Assembly (NCBI RefSeq): GCF_009914755.1
Contig: NC_060947.1
Length of the DNA stretch: 64,000 bases
From: the human T2T-CHM13v2.0 reference genome, Homo sapiens
Reading direction: 5' to 3' (one strand)
The translations under genes were made by a program, and so were the position numbers. Below the pieces are notes generated by a model. The model saw only the letters and a list, made by a program, of their open reading frames with translations. It made no database searches and was not told where the DNA came from. Below, piece by piece: positions 1-10,665 of this stretch; the first letter of the stretch is position 1; each line of letters starts with the position of its first letter.

Positions 1-160
1 TTAATGCTTGACAGCAGAGAAGTGTAACTGTAGTTTAAAAAAAATTGTACTTGAGTGACACCCTAAATACCCTGACTCGATCACTACACATTATATACAT
101 GTAACAAAATTTCACATGTAACTTATAAATTTTTACAAATAAAAAAATTTTAAAAATAAA
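1..160 (+). mobile_element. L1MA-type LINE-1 3' terminus with A-rich tail
   Basis: ccctaaataccctgact..cactacacattatatacatgtaacaaaatttcacatgta resembles L1MA 3' ends and is followed by an A-rich tail. Confidence 0.7.
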
Positions 161-265
161 TCTTATCAAGTATCTCCTCAGCCCACAATTGAATAAAACT
201 AGGAATCAATAACAAGAGGAAATTTAGAAACTGTACAGAAATATGGAAATTAAGCAAAATGCTCA

Positions 266-565
266 CTGGGCGTGGTGGCTCATGCCTGTAATCCCAGCAC
301 TTTGGGAGGCCGAGGTTGGTGCATCACTTGAGGTCAGGAGTTCAAGAGCAGACTGATCAACATGGTGAAACCCCCTCTCTACTAAAAATACAAAAAAGCT
401 AGCCGGGCATGGTGGTGGGTGACTGTAATCCCAGCTACTCAGGAGGCTGAGGCAGGAGACTCATTTGAACCCGGGAGGCAGAAGTTGCAGTGAGCCGAGA
501 TCATGGCCACTGCACTTCAGCCTGGGTGAGGAAGCAAGACTCTGTCTCAAAATAAATAAACAAAC
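266..565 (+). mobile_element. AluS element
   Basis: Dimeric Alu with an A-rich tail. TSD aagcaaaatgctca (252-265) / aaacaaaatgttca (566-579). Confidence 0.95.
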
Positions 566-738
566 AAACAAAATGTTCATGAATGACCATTGGGTCAAGG
601 AAGAAATAAAGGAGAAAATGCATTTCTGGAAACAAATGAAAATCAAAATACAATGTACCAAAACCTATGGGATACAGCAAAACAGTGCTAAGAAGGAAGT
701 TTATAGCAATAAACACCTACATCAAAAAAGTAGAAAAA

Positions 739-1053
<315 letters not shown>

Positions 1054-1629
1054 AAACAATCTAACAATACACCTCAAAGAAATGGAAAAGCAAGAACCAA
1101 ACCCCAAATGAGTACAAGAAACAAAATAACAAATATCAAAGCAGAACTAAATGAAATAGAGACCAAAAAATCAATACAGAGTGTCAGTAAAACAAAAAGT
1201 TGATTCTCTTTGTTTATCTTTTTGATTGATAAACAAAATTGATAAACCACTAGCTAGAATACCCAAGAAAATACCCAAAGGAACAAAATCAGAAATGAAA
1301 AAGGAGACATCATAACAGATGCCACAGAAGCACAAAGGATTATCAGAGACTATTATAAACTAACAAACTGGAATGCCTAGAATAAATGGACAAATCTCTG
1401 GACACATACACCTTCTGAGGTCTTATTCAGAGTATTATATCACTTCACATGAATCCTATCCTACTATAGGTTACCTGGATTTTCCAGGTGATAGGAGGAT
1501 GTCTGTGACATCAAGAATGGCAGTCTCATCTAAAATTATGTAACACAAGCAATGTATAGTCAGAATGGAATGCTCATCTACCTTATATAACATAAATAAT
1601 ATATAGTCAGAGTGAATAAAAGGGAAATG

Positions 1630-1735
1630 GTTTTGGAGTCAGGTTTGGAGCCAGACCTAGGTATGATTCTTGCCTTGCTGCTTATTAGCTTAGTTGCCTA
1701 ACCAATCTCAGCCTGTTTTGTCATTTATAGAAGGG
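1630..1735 (+). mobile_element. MIR fragment
   Basis: tttggagccagacctaggt..cttattagct..tctcagcctgttttgtcatttata resembles the MIR core. Confidence 0.55.
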
Positions 1736-1857
1736 AGGATTTGACACTCATGCCTCATTATTATTTATAGAAGGAAGGAAGGGAGAAAATGACACCCAAA
1801 AAAAGCCTCATTCATTATTGATCATCACAAAAGGTTATGATTGAAATTGTCAATTTT

Positions 1858-1960
1858 TCTCCCCTACTAGACTGTAATCTTTTAAGTACTCTGAAACATC
1901 TTTATTTTCACCAAACTCACAATACAGTATTTCACATGGTAAGTGTCAGTTTACCTCAAC
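1858..1960 (+). mobile_element. LINE-2 3' end fragment
   Basis: cccctactagactgtaa...acagt..cacatggtaagtgtcagt resembles the L2 3' terminus. Confidence 0.5.
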
Positions 1961-2759
1961 AGTTCTTGTTGACTAGTACTAAATTAGGCCTCATTCTAGT
2001 ATATTTTCCTCAAATATAATGAGGTTAAATTATCTTTAATTTTCCATATCCCCATGAAACTACCCATGTGCCAATGTAGTTATTAATGTTTTTATGCATA
2101 ATATTATAATTTGCTGCATGTCAGTTTTGTTATAATCATTTTTGAGTATTTGAGATAAATATGGTTTTGGCTGGGCCAGATATATTTTCCTACTGTCTAC
2201 CAGATTGGTTGATGTACATATAACAGTAAGTTTACATATATAAGATTTAATATCACAATGATGCCATTGCCTTAATAGTGATTTGAATAATTTCTGAAGG
2301 TCCAAATTTTGTAAAAAATAATGCCTATATTTTGTTAAAATTTTATATTGTCTTTGCTGAGTTATGAGGCTTTTAAAAAAAAAAAAAAAAACAGAAGCTC
2401 AATAAATTTACCAGGTATCTCGTGTAGCACAGAACTGAGCTGTTATATATAATTTATATTTCATCTGCACAGTATGATATGCTACAACGACTTATTACAG
2501 TCAAGAATATTAATTGCTTGCTTTCCTGTCTTGTCCATCCTCAGCATATCTCTTAGACTGAAAATATTAATAATATGAAACAGGATCTACTTCTAATTGC
2601 CTGTTTTGAATTCTATGTAAAAACTTTATTCATTTATATTATTGAAAATCAGTCTTCATCATGTTTTATCAGCAAAATGTCAAGTATTTCTTGCACTTTC
2701 TCATTGATATTTAATCTATGGTTGGTGAACACGAAATTAATAACATATTTCTTTTGTTA

Positions 2760-2940
2760 CAGGAAATGCAGAGTGTTCTAGCATATCTTAGTAGAAAAAC
2801 CTGACCCCATTGCAGAGGGGAGGTAGGGCAATAATCTTAAAAAAACTAATGTGTATATTGAGACCTTAAGAATGAATAGGAGTTAAGAATGTAAAGAGTT
2901 GAGAAAAATGCCCCATACAGAGAAAATAGATGTTTCCATG
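2760..2940 (-). mobile_element. LINE-2 fragment
   Basis: ttgagaccttaagaatgaataggagtta resembles the reverse-strand L2 motif ctgagacctgaaggatgagtaggagtt. Confidence 0.4.
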
Positions 2941-3129
2941 CATTCAGTCATTCAACAGAGGCTGTGCAAAACCAGTGTATATCAATATGATGAGTCAAAA
3001 GGTAGAAAGTCAAATATACTTATCGAAATTTAATAAAATTCTGCTTCACATATTTCTTTAAATGGTTTTGAGAAGATTAGTAGCTATTCACTTATTATTT
3101 ATATATTCAATACTTTTAAAGTTGTACTT

Positions 3130-6100
3130 GAGGATGGGCTTAGATGTTTGGGCTGAAAGAGGAATCTCCCTGTGGATTAGACAAAGATGGAGCTAAAGCA
3201 AGCATGGACTTTTATTCATGGAACAGCTATAGCAAAGCCTGGCCATAAGAGCCAATTCCCTGGGACTCCGCATCCCTCTCTGAGACACTCTAGCCTTAGC
3301 TAACCACTAGACCAGGACTAGCAAAGACCCTGAACAGAACCTTAGCCCTCTGAAGCTTTCAGAAATGAAGCTAACTATTCAATTTACACCACAGTTAAAG
3401 GAACACCAACTCTCACAGAATCAACACAACTCTGGTTATTCAAAAAACCAGAGTGTCCCCTTACCTTTAAATTAGCTCAGCAATAGCGATTATCCAGTCT
3501 GAATTGTCTGAAATGACATATATGGAATTCAGAATCTGGATAGCAAGGAAGCTCATTGAGAGTGAGGAGGAATTGAAATTCAACCTAAGGAAGCCAAGCG
3601 ATCCAGTAAAACAATTTAAGAGCTGAAAGATGGAATAACCATTTTTAAGAAAGACAGAACTTCTTGAGCTGAAAAATTCACTACAATAATTTTATAATAC
3701 AATCAGAAATATTAACATCAGTATACACAAAGCCGAGGAAAGAATATCAGACATCAAAGATCAGTTATTTGAATAAACCTAGTTAGACAAAAATAAAAAA
3801 AAAAATGGGTTAACAAAATTGAACAAACCTCCAAGAAATATGGGATGATGCAAAGAGACCAAACCTATAACTCGTTTGCATTCCTGGGAGAGAAAGAGAG
3901 AGAATAAGCAACTTAGAAAATATATTTGAAGATGTAGCTCATGAAAATTTCCCTAATATTGCTAGAGAGGTTGAAATGAAAATGCAATAAATACAGAGAA
4001 CCTCAGCTACATACTATTCAAGAGGGCCATCTCCAAGGCACATAGTGATCAGATTCACTAAGATCATTGTAAAAGAAAAAAACATATTAAAAGTATTTAG
4101 AAAAAAGGGGCAGGTCATTTACAGAGGGAACATCATTAGGCTAGCAGCAGACCTCTCAATAGAAACCTTACAAGCCAGGAGAGATTGGAGGCTTTTCTTC
4201 AGCATCCTTAATGGAGAGAAATTCCAACCAAGCATTCCATAGCCCATCAAAGAAACTTCATAAGTGAAGAAGTAATAAAATCCTTCCTAGACAAGTAAAT
4301 GCAAAGAGAATAAGTTTCAATTAGACTAGCCTTATAAGAGGTCCTTAAGGGAGTGCTAAGTGTGGAATCATAATAATGACATGTGCTACCTCAACAACAT
4401 AATTAAGCACATAGCCCACAGGCACTATAAAGCAACTATGCAAGTCTACATAGCAACCAGCTAACAGCAGGATGACAGGATCAAGATCACACATATTAAT
4501 ACTAACCTTGAATGTAAATAGGCTAAAGACCCCCACTTAAAAGACACAGCATGGCAGCCTGGACAAAAAGATAAGACCAACCACATGTTGTCTTCAAGAA
4601 ATTCATCTAACATGTAATGACATACACAGGCTCAAAGTAAAATGATGGATAAATGTCTAACATGCAACAATAAAGCACAGGAGTAGCTACTTTTGTATCA
4701 GATAAAACAGACTTTAAGCCAGTAAAAATTAAGAAGAATAATGAAGAACGTTACATAATAAAGGTACAACCTAACAAGAAGCCTTAAATATCCTAAATAT
4801 ATATGCTCCCAACATCAGCGCTCCTGGATACATAAAACCAGTTATTCTTGGCCTATCAAAAGATTTAGACGACCACGCAATAATAGTGGGAGATCTCAAC
4901 TCCCCACTAAGAATTTTAGACAAATAATCAAGGCAGAAAACTAACAATGAAACGGTGGACTTCAACTCAACACTTGACCCCTTGGACAAAATAGGGATCT
5001 ACAGAACACTCCATCCAACAACCACAGAATATACATTCCTCTCATGTGCACACAGAATATATTCTAAGATAGATCACATGCTCAGTCATAAAGCAAGTCT
5101 CAAAAATTTTTTAAATTTTATTTTTATTTATTTATTTTTAACTTTTTATTTCCATATGTTTTGGGGGAACAGGTGGTATTTGATTACATAAGTTCTTTGT
5201 GGTGATCTGTGAGATTTTGGAGCACCCATCTCCTGAGCAATATACACTGAAGCCAATTTGTGGTCTTTTATCCCTCACCCCCTTTCCGTCCTTCCCCCCC
5301 ACGAGTTCCCAGTCCATTTTGTCACTGTTGTGCCTTTGAATCCTCAGAGCTTAGCTCCCACTTTTGAGTGAGAACATATGATCTTTGGTTTTCAGTTCCT
5401 GAGATAATTCACTTAGAATAATAGTCTCCAGTCACATCCAGGTTGCTGCAAATGCCATTAATTCATTCCTTTTTATGGCTGAGTAGTATTCCATCATATA
5501 TATATATATATACACATATACCATAGTTTCTTCATCTACTTGTTGATTGATGGGCATTTGGGTTGGTTCCACATTTTTGCAATTGCAAATTGTGTTGCTA
5601 TAAACATACGTGTGCAAATATCTTTTTCATATAATGACTTCTTCCCCTCTGTGTAGATACCCAGTAGTGGGATTGCTGCATCAAATGGTAGTTCTACTTT
5701 AAGTTCTTTAAAAGATCACCACACTTTTTCCGTCGTGGTTATACTAGTTTACATTCCATCCAGCAGCGTAGAAGTGTTCCCTTTTCACTGCATTTTTTAA
5801 AATAAAATATCTAGCACAATCTCAAACCACAGTGAAATAAAAATAGAAGCCAATATTAAGATGATTTCTTATAAAGACACAAATACATGGAAATAAAGAA
5901 CTTTCTCCAGAATAACTCCTGAGTGAACATTGAAATTAAGGCCAAAATTTAAAAATATTTTAAATTAATGAAAAGATGGACACAACTTACCAAAATCTCT
6001 GGGATACAGCCAAAGCAGTCTTAAGAGGAAGGTTTATAGCCCTAAAAGGCCTCCACCAAGAAGATAGAAAAATGTCCGATTAGCAACCTAACTTTTCACC

Positions 6101-6657
6101 TAAAGGAAATAGAAAAAAGAGAACAAACCAACCCCAAAGCTAGCAGAAGAAAAGAAATAAATTAGAGAAGAGTTTAATGAATTTCAGATGCAAACATTCA
6201 TTCAGTAGGTCAATGAAACCAATATTTAGTTCTTCAAAAAATATTTAAGATGGATAGATTCCTAGCTAGGTTAACAAAGAAAAAGAGAGGGTCCAAATAA
6301 CCACAATAAAAAATAACAAATGCTATATTACAACTGATCTCACAGAAATACAAAAGACCCTTAGAGACTACTATGAACAACTCCATACACACAAATTAGA
6401 CAATTTAGAAGAAATGGATAAATTCCTGAAAGCACACAATCTCCAAGGTTAAAGCAGGAAGAGATTAAAACCCTCAATGGGCCAATATCAACTTCTTTAA
6501 GTGAATGAGTAATAAAAAAAACCACTACCAACAACAAAAAACGGTGCACCAGATGGATTCACAGCCAAATTCTATCAGACATACAAAAAACTGATACCAG
6601 TCCTTCTGAAACTATTCCAAAAAATTAAGGAGAGTCTCCTCTCTAATTCTAGGAAGC
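3130..6657 (+). mobile_element. Old L1 (L1PB/L1P4-era): partial 5'UTR, ORF1 and the first part of ORF2, 3' truncated
   Basis: ORF1 peptide IRLAADLSIETLQARRDW. ORF2 start atgacaggatcaagatcacac near 4472. EN peptide YSKIDHMLSHKASL. Stops at the junction with ERV pol. Confidence 0.9.
5115..5792 (-). mobile_element. L1PB 3' end inserted into the preceding L1
   Basis: T-rich tail followed by ttgggggaacaggtggtatttgattacat, typical of L1PB 3'UTR. ttttttaaa occurs on both flanks and the host ORF2 resumes afterwards. Confidence 0.85.
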
Positions 6658-7690
6658 TTCTTTTCATTTCTTCGAATGTCAACTAATTTTCTTCTGTTCA
6701 TTCCAGGAGTCTGATTTATCTTGTTTTAAAAGTATATATAAAGGTTTAGGTTGTAGGAAGAATTTTTGAATCTGATATCTATGGTATCCTTCCAATCTTC
6801 CAAATCCTCTCAGTTGTTTGTTAGTTTTTGGAGTAAAGAAGTCCGTTGTTCCCTTTAGTCTATCCAGACTGATGAAGAGGACTTCCTCTGATATTAGGTT
6901 ACCTAAATATCTTGTTTTTGACAGAAATGAAGATTTCTTTTGAGACTTTGTGTCCCTTTGAAGCTAATTGTTGTAATATGCAAATTCGATTCTCTATGGA
7001 GCCTTGCTTATCCACTGAGCTGAGAAGTAAGTAATGCATGTACTTTACATCAAGTTGGATTTCCTAGGAAATTCTACATCTGAAATGTCTTCTTTTAATA
7101 TTCGTGAAAAATAATTTGGGCTCTCAGTATATCCCTTTGATATGAATGTCCATGTGTACTGTCTGTCTTTCAAAGTAGAGGAAAGGAGAAATCACTATCT
7201 TTATCTACAGGAATGCTAAAGAATATACTACATAGATCTCTTACAGTAAAGAACTAACATTCACTTGAAATTGCAGTAAACAACATATGGGAGTTTCATA
7301 GTACTGTGTATCAAGGGAAAACTATGTTATTAATCACTCTCAAATCCTGTATAAATCTCTATCTTCCACTGTTTTGTTTTCTTACAGGGAGAAGTGGAAT
7401 GTTATGTAGGCTTGGATAAGGAGTAATCAAGCTTCTTTTTATATAGTCTAAAATTGTATATCTTATCTTATTTAAGGCTTCTCATATTTGAATGTTTTGT
7501 TTATGGTTCAGAAGAGGTTTTGATGCATCTATCTGAATTTTAACTTTGGCAGCCAAGAAAAAGTTCCCAATATCAGTAAAGGGTTTTGTCCACAATTTTT
7601 CAGGTACCATTTTTAACCACCCTTGTTTATTAAACAATTTTTGTTTTCTCCATGAAATTGTAAATTGCAATTTTTGAATTAAAATGATCA
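6655..7690 (-). pseudogene. Class I (gamma-like) ERV pol reverse transcriptase remnant
   Basis: Manual minus-strand translation: VPEKLWTKPFTDIG..KIQIDASKPL..NIPLLPVRKQNSGR*RFIQDLRVINN..FFTVRDLCSIFFSIPVDKDS..QYTWTFISKGYTESPNYF..YMHY (decayed YxDD)..QQLASKGHKVSKE..PKTNKQLRGF. Many stops and frameshifts. Confidence 0.9.
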
Positions 7691-7694
7691 GACT

Positions 7695-8050
7695 TTTATT
7701 TTCCTTTATTTTTTATCATTGTAGATACCTAGTGGGTGCATATACTTATGGAGTACATGAGATGCTTTGATACAAGCGTGCAATGTGTAATAATCACATC
7801 AAGCAGAATGAGGTGTACATCTCCTCAAGCATTTATCCTTTATATTGCAAACAATCCAATTAAATTATTTTAGTTATTTTAAAATGTACAATTAAATTAC
7901 TATTGACTATGGTCACCCTGTTGTGCTATCACCTGCTGGGTCTTATTCATTATTTATAAGTGTTTTTTGTACCCATTAACCATACCCACTCCCTCTGCCC
8001 CCATATACCATTCCCAGCTTCTGGTAACCATTGTTCTACTCTCTATCTTA
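7695..8050 (-). mobile_element. L1MA (L1MA2-like) 3' end inserted in the ERV
   Basis: T-rich tail, then gtacatgagatgctttgatacaagcgtgcaatgtgtaataatcacatc, typical of L1MA1-3 3'UTR. Confidence 0.85.
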
Positions 8051-8434
8051 ATGTCTTTTCATTGATTTTACTAAAGTGTCTCCCTCATTTCAGAATACCT
8101 CTGACTTTGGAGACATAGGGCTTCTTACACTTTTTCTCTTTCTTTAAAAAGAATATTGCTTTTCTAGATCAATATCAGGAAGTAGCAAACAAAAAATCAA
8201 CATGCATAAAAACAACAAGGTATCCCACAGTTTTAGTTTTCTTTGTCATGGTTGCCAGTGCTTTTTTTTTTTTTCCAGGAAAACAGATTTGCCAGTGGCC
8301 ACCTATGTGATGCCTTTGAGGGTGAAATAAAATTGGGGGGCTATCCTTTTCCTAATTTCTGGAGACTCTAGTGCAGAGTGAGAACTCCTGTCTCTGGGAA
8401 TACAGCATTTGGGGCACCTCTATATTCATTCCCA

Positions 8435-8563
8435 TCATTCAATTCTATTTTATCTTCTAATTCTAAATACATTTCCCAATTTTGATAAAAAGAGATGTGG
8501 GTATGGTGTAATTCTAAAATGTCTCTTGTTTTCAGATGGCTGGGGGCTGAAAGAAACACTAGA
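8435..8563 (-). pseudogene. ERV aspartic protease C-terminal remnant
   Basis: LVFLSAPSHLKTRDILELHHTHISFYQNWEMYLELE matches the P-x-x-LLGRD-x-L...ISF region of class I retroviral proteases. Confidence 0.75.
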
Positions 8564-9592
8564 GGGGTCAGTTCCAAGGTGGCCAAATAGGAACAGCTCC
8601 AGTCTACAGCTCCCAGCATGAGCAATGCAGAAGACGGGTTGTTTCTGCATTTCCAACTGAGGTACCAGGTTCATCTCACTGGTACCTTGTCGGACAGTGG
8701 GAGCAGGACAGTGGGTGCAGGCCACCAAGCATGAGCAGAAGCAGGGCAAGGCATCATCTCACCTGGGAAGTGCAAAGGGTCAGGGAATTCCCTTTTCTAG
8801 CCAAGGGAAGTGGTGACGGATGGCACCTGGAAAATCAGGTCACTGCCACCCTAATACTGTACTTTTCCAACAGTCTTAACAAACAGGACACCAGGTGATT
8901 ATATCCTGCACCTGGCTCAGAGGGCCCCATGCCAACAGAGCCTCACTCATTGCTAGCACAGTATTCAGAGATCAATCTGAAAGGCAGCAGTGAGGCTCTG
9001 GGAGGGGCACCCGCCATTGCTGAGGCTAGAGTAGGTAAACAAAGTAGCTGGGAAGCTCGAACTGGATGGAGCCCACCGCAGCTCAAGGAGGCCTGCCTGC
9101 CTCTGTAGACTCCACTTCTGGGGGCAAAGCATAGCCGAGCAAAAGGCAGCAGAAACCTCTGCAGACTTAAATATCCCTGTCTGACAGCTTTGAAGTGAGT
9201 AGTGCTTCTCCCAGCATGGAGTTTGAGATCTGAGAACAGACAGACTGCCCCCTCAAGTGGGTTCCTGATCCCCGAGTAGCCTAACTGGGAGGAGCCCTCC
9301 AGTAGGGGCAGACTGACACCTCACATGGCCGGCTACCCCACTGAAATGAAGCCTCCAGAGGAACAATCAGGCAGCAAAATTTGCTGTTCAGCAATATTTG
9401 CTGTTCTGCAGCCTCCGCTGCTGATACCCAGGCAAACAGCATCTGGAGTGGACCTCCAGCAAAATCCAACAGACTTGCAGCTGAGGGTCCAGTCTGTTAG
9501 AAGGAAAACTAACAAACAGAAAGGACATCCACACCAAAACCCCATCTGTACGTCACCATCATCAAAGACCAAAGCCAGATAAAACCACAAAG
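8564..9592 (+). promoter_or_regulatory. L1 5'UTR internal sense/antisense promoter, CpG-decayed
   Basis: Colinear with the L1PA 5'UTR. The YY1 motif reads AAGGTGGCC instead of AAGATGGCC. Many CpG to TpG/CpA changes. Confidence 0.75.
8943..9017 (-). pseudogene. L1 ORF0 remnant truncated to 24 codons
   Basis: MAGAPPRASLLPFRLISEYCASNE* aligns with the N-terminus of primate L1 ORF0 and stops early at TGA. Confidence 0.75.
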
Positions 9593-10602
9593 ATGGGGAA
9601 AAAACAGAGCAGAAAAGCTGAAAATTCTACAAATCAGAATGCTTTTCCCCCTACAAAGGAACACAGCTCCTCACCAGCAGCAGAACAAAGCTGGATGGAG
9701 AATGACTTTGACAAATTGAGAGAAGAAGGCTTCAGATGATCAAACTTCTCTGAGCTAAAGAAGGAAGTTCGAACCCATGGCAAAGAAGTTAAGAACCTTG
9801 AGAAAAGATTAGATGAATGGCTAAATAGAATAACCAATGTAGAGAAGGCCTCAAATGATATCTTGGAGCTGAAAACCATGGCATGAGAACTATGCAATGA
9901 ATGCACAAACTTCAGTAGCTGATTCGATAAACTGGAAGAAAGGGTATCAGTGATTGAAGGCAAATGAATGAACTGAAGCAAGAAGTTTAGAGAAAAAAGA
10001 GTAAAAAGAAATGAACAAAGCCTCCAAGAAATATGGGACTATGTGAAAAGACCAAATCTACCTCTGATTGGTGTACCTGAAAGTGACAGGGAAAATGGAA
10101 CCAAGTTGGAAAACACTCTGCATGATATTACCCAGGAGAACTTTCCCAATCTAGCAAGGCAGGCCAATACTCAAATTCAGGAAATACAGAGAACCCCACA
10201 AAGATAATCTTTGAGAACAGCAACTCCAAGACACATAATTGTCAGATTCACCAATGACGAAATGAAGGAAAAAAGGTTAAGGGCAGCCAGAGAGAAAGGT
10301 CAGGTTACCCACAAAGGGAAGCCCACCAGAATAACAGCGGATCTATTGGCAGAAACTCTACAAGACAGAAGGGAGTGGGGGCCAATATTCAACACTCTTA
10401 AAATAAAGAATTTTCAACCCAGAATTTCATATCCAGCCAAACTAAGCTTCATAAGTGAAGGAGAAATAAAATCCTTTACAGAAAAAAAATGCTGAGAGAT
10501 TTTGTCACCACTGGGCCTGCTGTACAAGAGCTCCTGAAGGAAGCACTAAACATGGAAAGGAAAAACTGGTACCAGCCACTGCAAAAACATGCCAAATTGT
10601 AA
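9593..10602 (+). pseudogene. L1 ORF1p, disrupted
   Basis: Starts atggggaaaaaacagagc and ends gccaaattgtaa. Premature stop near 9884 and frameshifts. Peptide RTATPRHIIVRF..GKPTRITADL. Confidence 0.93.
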
Positions 10603-10665
10603 AGACCATCGAGGCTAGGAAGAAACTGCATCAACTAATGAACAAAATAACCAGCTAACATCATA

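Noticed and set aside
1452-1500. Short hairpin acctgga-ttt-tccaggt with weak extension
   Set aside because: A 7-bp stem is expected by chance and there are no pre-miRNA features.
2763-2822. 60-nt exon-like segment with a good acceptor
   Set aside because: Stops in all three frames, a weak donor and overlap with L2-like sequence.
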